Position numbers and translations under genes: made by a program. The notes beneath the pieces were generated by a model. It saw nothing but the letters and a program-made list of their open reading frames with translations, made no database searches and was not told the DNA's origin. A DNA stretch of 63,292 bases, filler included. It is 21 parts of 21 records of this genome, joined end to end, with 100 filler letters (N's around TTAATTAATTAA, not from the genome) between each part and the next. Parts side by side here need not be neighbours in the genome. Positions count along the whole stretch, not along the records: positions 44,087 to 50,568 come from SRR16133337_32832; positions 50,669 to 53,141 come from SRR16133337_33330; positions 53,242 to 56,388 come from SRR16133337_34015; positions 56,489 to 59,073 come from SRR16133337_34135; 17 more parts are not named here. One strand, given 5' to 3'. Shown here piece by piece: positions 45,179 through 56,675 of this stretch (position 1 is its first letter; the number at the start of each line of letters is the position of its first letter).

Positions 45179-47245
45179 ATGAATCTAAAATTTAAAAACC
45201 ATCTTATAAGCCTTTTACTTACAGATGATAGACTTAAAGACGACCAAGGAGAACTAAAAGGAAATCTGGTAAAAGAGTTCGCTAATACTTTAGACGAAAA
45301 GGTAATAACACTTTTGTTAAACGATACCCAAACCAGAGACACCTTTTTCTTAAAAATAAAAGATGCCTATGTATTTAAAACCAATGCCTTTAAATTCTTT
45401 TTAGAAGATAATAGTATAGACAATTCTTTTACGCAATACAGCAACCGTATAGGTTTAAGTAGTGGTGGTAAGTTTTTAAAAGACAATACAGATGTAGTGC
45501 TTAATTTCCCTTTTAAAGATTGCGTATTAGAAGGTGGGCAAAGTACAGAAGATGGTTTAGATACTTATTTTGAGTATGATGATACACAAGAAGATTATAT
45601 AGAAAAACAAAGCAAACGAAAAGAGATATTTTTCAATGAAGTATTAGCCAAAGATGAAATAGACCGCTTATTAGAACCAAAAGCATTTACCAACATTACA
45701 AAATACGATAGTAAAGGCAAAAGCAAACCCACACAATTTAATAGAAACGAAAAAGGCACTATCACAGACAACCTAATAATAAAAGGAAACAACTTATTAG
45801 CATTACACTCTTTAAAGCAAGAGTTTAAAGGAAAAGTAAAACTAATATACATAGACCCACCTTACAATACAGGTAACGATAGTTTTGCCTATAACGATAA
45901 TTTTAACCACTCTACTTGGCTTACTTTTATGCGTAATAGATTGATGGTAGCAAAAGATTTATTAAGAGAAGATGGAGTTATTTTTGTACAAACCGACCAT
46001 CACGAAATAAGTTATTTAAACCTATTACTAGATAATATATTTAGTCCAAAAAACAAAGTTCAACAAATTACAATAAAAGTATCAGCACCATCAGGCTTTA
46101 AGGCTGTAAATCCTGGACCTATAGATGTAACTGAATATGTTTTGTTTTACTCAAAAAATAAGAGTAAAGTTAAATTTAAAAAAAATTATGTACCTACAGG
46201 GTATCATAAAAATTACAATAAATATTTTTCTAATAAAGGCAGTATTGAAGACTGGAAACTTTTACCATTAAAAGATATTGTATTAAATAAAAACGGATAT
46301 TCTGATGAAAAAGAACTAAAAAAGGAAATTGGAGATGGTTATAAATTTGTTTTAAATCAAATGATTTCAGATTTCGCATTTAAAAATGCTGATAATGTTG
46401 TTAGTGTTCGAGATTTACATAAGCCAACAAAACAGGTGGCTGAATTACAGAAAAAATCTAAAATTGAAAGAAACACGTTCTTCGAATACATAAAACAAGA
46501 TGGAAATAGTACTTATTTAATCAATGGTGGTGCTTTAGCATTTTATTCTTCAAAATTAAATTTAGTTAATGGGACGAAAGAAGTAACGGAACTTCTGACT
46601 AATTTCTGGGATCATATATCTTGGGCTGGAATTGCAAATGAAGGCTCTGTTAAATTAAAAAATGGAAAGAAGCCTGAAAAATTAATAAAACAAATATTTG
46701 AATTAATTCAATTGGATGATGGTATTGTCTTAGATTATCATTTAGGCAGTGGAACTACTTGTGCTACTGCACATAAGTTGGGTATTCAATATATTGGTAT
46801 TGAACAATTAGATTATGCAGAAAATGATAGTGTTCAAAGATTAAATAACGTGATAAATGGGGGACAATCTGGAATAACAAAATACAAAGATGTAAACTGG
46901 AAAGGAGGCGGTTCCTTCACATATTTAGAATTAGCCAAAAACAACCAAACAGCCAAAGAAGAGATACTAAAATGTAAAAATTTAGCAGCGTTACTACAAT
47001 TTTTTGAAACAATGTACACCAAGTATTTTTTGCATTATAATGTCCGTATCAAAGAGTTTCAAGAAGTAATAAGCCGAGAAGAAAACTTTAAAAACTTAGC
47101 CTTAGATAGACAAAAAGAAATAGTTGCCAAAATGCTCGACCTTAATCAACTCTATGTAAACCTAAGTGAAATGGAAGATAGCAGGTATAAATTAGATACT
47201 AAAGACATTGGGTTAAGTAAAGATTTTTATCAAGTAAAAAAGTAA
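45179..47245 (+). CDS. mod: Type III R-M methyltransferase (Mod)
   Basis: NLIIKGNNL, IYIDPPYNTG (motif IV) precedes GKKPEKL and LDYHLGSGTT (motif I), the beta-class order; followed by res. Confidence 0.93.
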   Translation: MNLKFKNHLISLLLTDDRLKDDQGELKGNLVKEFANTLDEKVITLLLNDTQTRDTFFLKIKDAYVFKTNAFKFFLEDNSIDNSFTQYSNRIGLSSGGKFLKDNTDVVLNFPFKDCVLEGGQSTEDGLDTYFEYDDTQEDYIEKQSKRKEIFFNEVLAKDEIDRLLEPKAFTNITKYDSKGKSKPTQFNRNEKGTITDNLIIKGNNLLALHSLKQEFKGKVKLIYIDPPYNTGNDSFAYNDNFNHSTWLTFMRNRLMVAKDLLREDGVIFVQTDHHEISYLNLLLDNIFSPKNKVQQITIKVSAPSGFKAVNPGPIDVTEYVLFYSKNKSKVKFKKNYVPTGYHKNYNKYFSNKGSIEDWKLLPLKDIVLNKNGYSDEKELKKEIGDGYKFVLNQMISDFAFKNADNVVSVRDLHKPTKQVAELQKKSKIERNTFFEYIKQDGNSTYLINGGALAFYSSKLNLVNGTKEVTELLTNFWDHISWAGIANEGSVKLKNGKKPEKLIKQIFELIQLDDGIVLDYHLGSGTTCATAHKLGIQYIGIEQLDYAENDSVQRLNNVINGGQSGITKYKDVNWKGGGSFTYLELAKNNQTAKEEILKCKNLAALLQFFETMYTKYFLHYNVRIKEFQEVISREENFKNLALDRQKEIVAKMLDLNQLYVNLSEMEDSRYKLDTKDIGLSKDFYQVKK

Positions 47246-47249
47246 GCGT

Positions 47250-48251
47250 ATGCAAGAAAATAAACTACAAAGAATAGAAAATTTTGTGCTTTTCGAAACC
47301 GAAAAGGGCAAAGTAAATATTGAGGTCTATTTTCAAAACAATACCTTATGGCTATCGCAAAAAATAATGGCAGAACTTTTTGATAAAGGTAGAAGTACCA
47401 TAACCGAACATCTAAAAAACGTATTTGAAACCAAAGAGTTAGACGAAAAAGCAGTATGTCGGGATTTCCGACACACTGCCAAAGATGGTAAAACCTACAC
47501 CACCAAGTTTTATAACCTAAGAGCCATTACAGCAGTTGGCTATAGAGTAAACTCACAAAGAGCCACACAGTTTAGAAAATGGGCTACAGAAGTATTGCAC
47601 GAGTATATTATCAAAGGCTTTGCAATGGATGATGAACGGCTAAAACAAGGCAACCATTTTGGGCAAGATTATTTTGATGAAATGCTAGAGCGTATCCGTG
47701 AAATACGCATAAGCGAAAGACGTTTCTATCAAAAAATAACAGATATTTATACCCTTTCTGCAGATTATAGCAAAGATGCCTTTACCACCAAACAATTTTT
47801 TGCAACCACACAAAACAAACTGCATTGGGCAATACAAGGCAAAACAGCAGCCGAAATTATATACACCAAAGCAGATGCCCAAAAAGTGTATATGGGTTTA
47901 AAATCTTGGAAAAATGCACCAGACGGTAAAATTTTAAAATCGGATGTTACTATTGCCAAAAACTACTTAGAACAAGAACACCTAAAACAACTGCAAAGAA
48001 TAGTAACTGCCTATCTCGACCTTGCCGAAAACAGAGCAGAAAGAGGTATCGTAATGAATATGAAAGATTGGATAGTATTTTTAGATAAGTTTTTAGAACT
48101 ATCAGATTATCCAATACTGCTTCACAAAGGCAAAATAACAGCCTTAGAAGCCAAACTAAAAGCAGAGCAAGAATACAGCACTTTTAGAATACAACAAGAC
48201 AAAGATTATTTATCTGATTTTGATAAAGAAATAAAAAAATTAAAAGAATAA
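47250..48251 (+). CDS. RhuM-family protein
   Basis: LWLSQK-x-MAELF, YNLRAITAVGYRVNS-x-RATQFRKWA, YFDEMLERIREIR-x-SERRFYQK, QNKLHWA, IAKNYL. Confidence 0.93.
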   Translation: MQENKLQRIENFVLFETEKGKVNIEVYFQNNTLWLSQKIMAELFDKGRSTITEHLKNVFETKELDEKAVCRDFRHTAKDGKTYTTKFYNLRAITAVGYRVNSQRATQFRKWATEVLHEYIIKGFAMDDERLKQGNHFGQDYFDEMLERIREIRISERRFYQKITDIYTLSADYSKDAFTTKQFFATTQNKLHWAIQGKTAAEIIYTKADAQKVYMGLKSWKNAPDGKILKSDVTIAKNYLEQEHLKQLQRIVTAYLDLAENRAERGIVMNMKDWIVFLDKFLELSDYPILLHKGKITALEAKLKAEQEYSTFRIQQDKDYLSDFDKEIKKLKE

Positions 48252-48298
48252 AACCCAATTTGTTACACCTAACAAAATGGTAACAATAATTATAAAAA

Positions 48299-50568
48299 AT
48301 GGCAGATACTAAATACCTATATGAGCAACTTTCAGATAAAATGCGTGAATACCGTTTGCATTATTCTGTAGTGCCTAATTATATAACAGATAACATAAAG
48401 TATAGCCTATTCGATTGGCAACAGAAAGCCTTAGAGTACTTTTTAGACTACCAACAAGTAAAAGTGCAAGAAAACCCTAATGATGCCACACATTTGTTAT
48501 TTAATATGGCTACAGGTACAGGTAAAACATTGGTAATGGCAAGTTTAATCTTGTACTATTACAAACAAGGCTATCGTCATTTTTTGTTTTTTGTAAACCA
48601 AAACAACATTGTAGGTAAAACAGAAAACAATTTATTAGACCCTGCACATAACAAGTACCTATTCAAAGACCCAATAGTAATAGATGATAAAACAATAAAT
48701 ATAAATAAAGTAGATACCTTTTCTGATAATACAGAAGATATTGAAATCATATTTACATCTATTCACAAACTACACAATGCGGTATATCAAGTAAAAGAAA
48801 ACGCTATCTTTTTAGAGGATTTACAAAACAGAGATATAGTAATGTTGGCAGATGAAGCACATCATCTAAATTCAGACACTAAAACTAAAGCAGGCGAACA
48901 AGAAGAATTAGAAATAATTTCTGAACTAAAAAGTGGTGCAAATGCAAAAGAGGTAGAAAAAAGTTGGGAGCATACAGTAACCAACCTAATATTACAAAGA
49001 GGTAACAAAAATAGTACAGAGTTAAACAAGAATGTATTATTAGAATTTACAGCAACAGTTCCAACCAATGCAAATATTGTTAAAAAATATATAGATAAGA
49101 TAGTTTACAAATTTGAGTTAAAAGACTTTTTAAAAGCAGGTTATACCAAAGAAATAAATTTAGTTTCCTCTTCTTTCGATAAAAAACAAAGAGTATTACA
49201 AGCCTTACTTTTTAATTGGTATCGTTATAAAATGGGTCTTAAATACAATCTTCCTCATTTTAAACCAGTAATTCTTTTTCGTAGCAAATTTGTAGATGCA
49301 AAACAGGAAGAAAATGTAGGTGCAGATTATGAATTATTTAGAACAATTGTAGATGGTTTAACAACAACCGACTTTGCTTTTTTAGAAAACGTAAGTATAG
49401 AACCTGGTAATGAATTATATAAAAAAGGGCAAAGTAGAATTGTAGATATTGCTAATTATTTAAAAGCAGAAAATATACATCAAAGCGAAATAATCACCTA
49501 TTTACAAGATGCTTTTAAAGATAAAAATTGCATTATTACACATTCTCAAAATAAAACAGCAACAGGCAGAAGAGGTGAAGATAAAACAACGCCAGAGCAA
49601 GATCAACTATTAAATAGTTTAGAAGATAAAACAAACAAAATTACTGCAATATTTACTTGTATGCGTCTTACTGAAGGTTGGGATGTATTAAATCTCTACG
49701 ATATAGTAAGGATGTACTCAGGTCAAAATACAGGAGGTACAAACAAAAAGAAAGCAGGTAAATCTACTGTTTCAGAAGTACAATTAATTGGTAGAGGTGT
49801 AAGATATTATCCTTTTAGTTTTGAAGATAACATTAACAATAAAAGAAAATTCGATAAAGAGTTAAATCACGAATTAAGAGTATTAGAAGAGTTTTATTTC
49901 CATAGCGATAATGACGAGAAATACATTAGTGAATTAAAATTAGAGTTAAAACGTCAAGAATTATTACCAGAAACAGACAAGCAATTAAAAATCTTTGACA
50001 TAAAGAAAACGATTAAAGAAGATAAAAATTCTTTTTATCACAAACTTAAAATCTATAAAAATGAGTTTAAAGACAATCCTAATAAACGTAAGCGAACATT
50101 AGAAGAATTAAAAACAGAATGGGAATACAACACAAAAATAGAAACCATTGCTGTACGAGAAACAAATATTAAATTAGAAAAAGAAGAAGAGGATATTACT
50201 CGTTATGCAACAGGCAATAATAAAGATGGTAGAACAATACCTTTATTATTAAAAGATTTTCCAAAAAATATAGTTTATAAAGCATTACACATACAATCTA
50301 AAAAAGACCAATCTATATTAAGGTTCAACAATCTAAAAGATGAATTGGCAATAACTTCTATTGATGAAATATTTGAAGATAAATACATTGGTAACTTTAG
50401 TCTTTCGGTAACAATTTATGATTTTAAAGAGGAGTTTAATAAATGTAAAACGGATGATGAAAGAATAGCAACTTACTTTAAAGTAGTATCTCCAAAAGAC
50501 AACCTAAACATTTTATCTAAGTTTTTTGAAAAATTAGTTACTGAATTAAAACGAATATCTAAACCAAG
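48299..50568 (+). CDS. res: Type III R-M restriction subunit (Res, SF2 helicase), 3' partial
   Basis: MATGTGKT, DEAHH, EFTAT, LTEGWD, QLIGRGVR. Confidence 0.93.
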
Positions 50569-52834
50569 NNNNNNNNNNNNNNNNNNNNNNNNNNNNNNNN
50601 NNNNNNNNNNNNTTAATTAATTAANNNNNNNNNNNNNNNNNNNNNNNNNNNNNNNNNNNNNNNNNNNNTCACTCGGATGATTAATTGACAACAGTTCATA
50701 AGTCATAAGTAAATAAAAGTGTTGTATAAATCGTTCTAACAAGAAGACTTCACTTTGTGACGAGCAATATATTTATATTTCTCAAAAAGAAATGCCAATA
50801 AAACTTTGAATTTCCTCCCAAAATATTGTACTTCCACTGAGACAATTTGTACATTTAACTTGAATGTATTTCAGAGCAAAAAACAATCAGCAAAGAAACA
50901 ACAAAGAGCTGAAGAAATACACCCAAAATCCGCACTCAAAAAAATATTTGTTCAAAGTTTTTATACTAAATTTCATTCTTGACTGATTGACACAAAATCT
51001 TAAAATGGACAATACAAAGCAATGCCGTGCAGACTGTACATAAAAAGAGTCGTGCAACAATATGAAATACACTTGGAGTTTAATTTTGTGAGATTACATT
51101 AGACAATGAAAAACATACACTTATTTTTCGTGATTGCAACGATTGTTGAGCTCAAAACACAGCATTTATAGATAACTACACCTTGCAACGAAAAGGCAAG
51201 ATTTTTTGGATATTTTAAAATATAAAATCGCTGATGAACAATATGTCTAAACATCATCACTTCGTTTGAACTTACTAAATTGAATAAAAGAGCAAATCTT
51301 GCAAAAAATCTTCTGTCAAGAGTTTTCTGCGTGAGAGAGTTTGACATTTCCCCAGATGTAGATGACGCTTCCACAACAAATAGTTGAAGTCGAAATGGTA
51401 TTTTCTTAAATTCTTCTTTCCAATCACAACGTGCTAATTGATACACACACATACAACATTTCCTACTTAGCACAAATACTCATAATGAAATATAATAAAT
51501 GCATTTAAATCATTTCACATACCAATATTCGTCGGGGACTAAGACAGACACGACAGACACGAAAATACAATGATTGGTAACGGATTATCGTGACACAAAG
51601 AATTCACATTAAGACGAAAACCCACCCATGAACACCATGAATGACAACATCAAATTACCTGTAAGATCATTCATTGCAATTCGATTCTGCAACCGTGCCG
51701 CCCATGAAGTAAGAAACCCATTAAACATTCCACCAAACGTTCTCCACAATTGCACAGGAAACATATTGTTGATATCCTCAAAAAATAATTTCACGATTGT
51801 AAAAAGAAGGCATTTGAGGTGTTGTTTTTTTTCCACAGACTCTGCAATCACAGTGTTCTTAAAATTGTCAAGACGCAACTTCATTTGCGCGATGGACTCG
51901 TGAAGACGATTCAATAGATCCGTTATCTCCAAAACACGTTCAGAACCACTCTACAACAGCATAATCAAACCTTTGAAAACTACGACACAGAATTCATACA
52001 AAAATAAAGTTCAGACAAACTCCTTATAATATTCATTTCAATGCACGAACAACACCAAATATATGATACAATGCTATCCTGTTGTTCGTTCTTTGCATGT
52101 GTAGGTCAATTCAAGACTTTGAAAATATTTTAAAAACAGTGTTGAAACAATTGTGACAAATGTGAAACATCCTTACATTACAAACACATGCAAAAAAATA
52201 ATCATGAATGTGTTGACAAGACTACCAAAGCATGACTTTCTACGGTTTAAAAACATTCCACACTACAAAAACATATAATTTGCACAAACATGTATCTAAC
52301 GCGGAAATATGTTATTTTTCAATCACTTCAAAACTTTGTGTTACATTGTACAAACAACACATTCTCCCCTTCAGAAAACCTGCAAGAAATATATTAAAAA
52401 ATAACTTCACACTTTTGTGTAGCTGCATGAAATAGCACTTGTGTTGCGCAATTTCATAAAACAAACACCATTGTATTTCCGGCACTACAATTTTTACAAT
52501 TAAAGAAGGACATCTGCGTGTCGAAAATAAGTCTGTAATGTGCTGCACCTGAAAATTCAGTTCCAAGAAACATTAAGTACGAACACAAAGCGTGTTGAGA
52601 CTTTGTGCTCAAAAGATAATTCGAATGCTTTACAACGCATTGTGATTTGAAATTTGATAAATACATTCAATCACTGAAACAAATGTCGTCGTAAGGATCA
52701 TAGTGTTTCTAACAACACAAATCCACTAAAAGTATTCCTAGTTGTGGAATCCCTTCACAACACAAGTTGTGGTTAAAAACAAGGAAAACAAATGCGTTAG
52801 AGCGTAAATGACTACCAAGCGGTTATCATAGTAC

Positions 52835-53116
52835 CTGTTGTTTTTTCCTGCACTCGTCACAAACCATATTATTTTTCCTGTCAGGATTATCATCCGTGTT
52901 GTCAAAGAGCATATTGAAAGGTTTTCGATAACAATACATAACTCCTCCCTTCAAACTTAATTTATGACATTTCAAAACTGCAGGATCGACATAATCCCTG
53001 TGCACAATGCAATACTCCCGAGATGTTTGAAAAAAAAGCGATTTGACTGGTTCATGGTTCAGAGCTAAAAACCTGTCTCTCGAAATTCTCTCAGAACCCA
53101 TAATATTCTTTTGCAA
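52835..53116 (-). CDS. Probable eukaryotic coding exon, unknown product
   Basis: Open 282-nt frame bounded by tttttag| and cag|gtacta. Confidence 0.4.
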
Positions 53117-53126
53117 CTAAAAACAA

Positions 53127-53141
53127 AGATCGGAAGAGCGT
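53127..53141 (+). other. Illumina adapter remnant
   Basis: AGATCGGAAGAGCGT at the very end of a contig. Confidence 0.92.
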
Positions 53142-53970
53142 NNNNNNNNNNNNNNNNNNNNNNNNNNNNNNNNNNNNNNNNNNNNTTAATTAATTAANNN
53201 NNNNNNNNNNNNNNNNNNNNNNNNNNNNNNNNNNNNNNNNNTAAGGGCACAATATTTGGCTTCACTAACTTGTCCATTAACAAATTTAGTCAATCAATGC
53301 TTCCACAGACCGCTTTTTCAAGGTATTTTAGGACATCGAAGTAGCTTTTCAGTGTTTTGACCAGCCGGAGTATTCTTTTTCTGGGAATTTCCCAACACAG
53401 TTGTCAGCCCACACTTTTAATGCAATGTTCTATATCTTTGTTTTAGCATGGCAAGAAAACAACGCAAAACAGCAGCGCAACTATTTGTTGAACTTGATCC
53501 CTTCCAAAGCGGCGCTGCTTTGGTCACCATCCTCGCTGCCTGTGTTGCACTGTGTTTTTGGTATTCGAGCTTGCCGAGCAACGTATGTGTTATTGGGTGA
53601 TTGGGTGATGGGAACCGTGTATTAAGTGCAGGAATGCTTTTTTATGCTTGACGTCATTGGCTCACCAGACAAAAATTCATTTGGGATGCTGTATATTATT
53701 GTGGAAAACACAAATGCCTTGCTTATTGGAATGGAAAAGAGCCGCCCGCGTAGTGAAAAACTTGCTGCCAGACGCTTTTCTATCATGCTCGTCGGTCTTC
53801 GCTGTTTTACAATAATTATTGTTGAATTGAGGATACAAACAAATGACTGTTCAAATCACCACCACCAACTCTTGAAAACCTCAGAGCTTTTGTCTTTGAT
53901 CTGCGGTTACACGTCACAGTTGCCCTTAGCGAACTGATTTCGATTTACCAACCTGAACTTATTGTTTTAG

Positions 53971-56262
53971 ATTGCTCAAAGGGCGCTTGCCCAAGGATAT
54001 GAACCTGCAAGCCCAATAGCTGAAGTAGATTGGATTGAGAGGGTGGAGCTCGAAAGGAAAATAACAGAATATGTGAGCACTGCCGGAAATTTTGTCGTTA
54101 TTTATGGTATGTGTGCACATCATACTTTTTGATTTCATATTTTGGACGTTTTGTCTCATGTGTTGTGTGTTTTTGTGTAGGAGTCAAAGGGACTGGAAAA
54201 ACTGGAGTTTTGGATAAATGCCTTGAGGGCCGAACAGGAAGGTCTTTTTTTTTGCATTGAGTGTGCAGTTTTCATTTGTCCAAGTTTTTAATCGGATTCA
54301 AGGAGGCAGTGTAAAAATGGGTGTTGGTACACACGATCAACCACAAAATGTGTGAAATTCAAGACATATAGTCCAAAATGAAGACAAAAAGGTCGCTGTC
54401 TGACACCACTCGATTAAAAAAAGTCCGAGTGAGAACGAATTCATTTTGTCACCGTGTCAAAATTTTTCCAAATAGTTCAGTGGTACTCCAACAAAATTGG
54501 TCAATCCGTGTGTCATAGCTTGGAAACAATGTATCCTGCATGAAAACTTTTTTGGGGTGGTCAGGAAGCCTTCTGTGAAATGGCTTGGTTGATGGTGGTG
54601 GACGGGTGGTAAATGCATTTCACTAAAAAAAGTCCGAAACGAGCCACTAGTGACGTCTCTAGTTGCGAAAGGCGATGTAAAAGTAATACAAATGTGGAGA
54701 GACACGTCATGAATTGTGAAGTGTCAACATTGGTGCCAAATTTTGCGCGCCCACAACCAGGTCAAAATTTGCATGATCTCTCCATCAACATTTTCCGAGT
54801 GCTAAAGCAATAATTTGTGTTCGGTCTTAGGTGTGTTGACTGTGCCACTGGAAGGAACCGAAGGTTATTCCGACATTATCAATGCCGCAGTTATAAGCCT
54901 TGTTGGAGAAGACTCGCTTTCTTTTGTTGGTAAGTTTGATTCGTTTCAGTCACTTCTGGGTCGACAGGTCAATCAAAAGAGATGTCAAAGCACTTTGGGT
55001 TGTTTATGAACAGCAAGAGCGAATTTGGTTATTTCCCCCACCCCCACACCCCCCAAAAAAGGCTGAACAAGCTTGGAGTCGAAACTTCTTCCGATGATGG
55101 CAAGGGGTGTATTTTTACACAAACCAGAGCTACAATGTTTTTGGTTGTTTGAGTGGTGGTACTGATAATTGGAACCCAGAAGTGCCCAATAGAAAACGCG
55201 GTTGCTCGGGAGGTTTATGCTAGTTGTTTAAACTACAAAATTTTTCCGAGTGGAATGGCTTTCTCGGGGTAGAATCCTTCTGTGATTCTTTTTTTCTTCA
55301 GGACCAGAAGTTGAGCACGGAAAAAGGTGTTTTGGTTAAAGGAAAAGCACATTTGAACTCAATATATTTTGTTTCAATTCCTTTTGTGTGATTTTATGAT
55401 AGAAAGCATTCAAAGAAGTCAAAGAGAAGCTTGGCACCTCTCCGCTTATGCTCAAAGGTTATGCAAAGGGAAGAAAGAAATTTGTTGAAGAAAAGTTGAG
55501 TGAAAAGCGGGCTAAGTATGAGCGACTGTGTGAAAGTCATGGAGATTACAAGCAAGCTTTGATGAATTTGAAAGATGGAAAACCTGAGCATCTCTTTAGG
55601 AAAGGTATGGTAATGTGGTGTGAAAGAGTGCAAATCTTGGGGTGGTTAATTTTCCTTTGTGTCGATCCACCGAAAGTAATCAAAAATGCATAACTTCATT
55701 CTTGGTGTTAGTTTTTAGTGTGGGGTGGAAATTTTTAATTGGGTGGTCAGGAGATTGGCCTGAATCCAGAGGGGTTTTGGACTTGTTGAATCTGTCTGCA
55801 CACTACGACGTCATACTATGCCATTATTACGTCATAGTGCAACAAATGCGTGAATGTCAGATCATCTCGCACTCGCACTTCACATTTTGTTGTTGAGAGT
55901 TCGCACATCTGCCTTGGCCATTTCATTGAAGGCTTGCTGACCACCCAAAATTAATTTTTCGGGTTGATGTATGTCTTTTCGGACAGCTAAACTAAACCTT
56001 GGTCAAGCACATCCATTTTTTAAAATGTAGCAATATGATTAAGTCAGATCCCTCTCTCCAGAAGCATCGTCTACTGTACTTGGACTTAAAAGTCGTTTTT
56101 GTCTGTGTGTTAGACCTTGGCGAGAAGTACAGTTATGATGCGATGGAGGCAGCTTCAGTGACTTCTGGACTCTTTTACAAGGATATCAAAACTGGGCTCA
56201 TCAGATTTCGTGATAGCAGTTGTCGTTATATTGCTGAGCATCCGGATTGGAGTCCTCCCAAA
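53971..56262 (+). CDS. Eukaryotic multi-exon P-loop NTPase (STAND-like), partial or degenerate; exons 53971-54106, 54181-about 54237, 54831-54929, about 55403-55604, 56114-56262
   Basis: Splicing reconstitutes WIERVELERKITEY...FVVIYG|VKGTGKT (Walker A split by a phase-1 intron), later KLGTSPLML and a winged-helix-like end SGLFYKDIKTGLIRF. No Walker B exon found. Confidence 0.6.
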
Positions 56263-56488
56263 GTAAGTACATTGTTCAATAAGCGTTGTTTTTTCAGTGT
56301 TGTCAATGCGTACTCGGTTAAGTGATCTCGTTTTAGACAATTTTGTGACTTTGAAAGCGGTTGGATGTTTGACCAGTGTGAGATCACTNNNNNNNNNNNN
56401 NNNNNNNNNNNNNNNNNNNNNNNNNNNNNNNNTTAATTAATTAANNNNNNNNNNNNNNNNNNNNNNNNNNNNNNNNNNNNNNNNNNNN

Positions 56489-56675
56489 GAATCAAACAAA
56501 GGCAGGAAACATTATCGATTTTAAGAATTCTGAAAAATTAAAAGAGGTTGTTTTAAATTTGTATACCCAATATAAGAACCAAGAGTTGCAAGTTCATTCT
56601 AAAAATATAGCACAATATCATAGAAAAGAAATTACCCGACAACTGGCAATATTGTTAAAAAGTATCCAAAAATAA
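56489..56675 (+). CDS. C-terminal fragment of a probable glycosyltransferase
   Basis: Open frame NQTKAGNIIDF...IAQYHRKEITRQLAILLKSIQK-stop abutting wecB; resembles a GT-B C-terminal helix. Confidence 0.55.

Noticed and set aside
45179..47245. Phase-variable simple sequence repeat in mod
   Set aside because: No tandem repeat tract was seen in the coding or upstream region.
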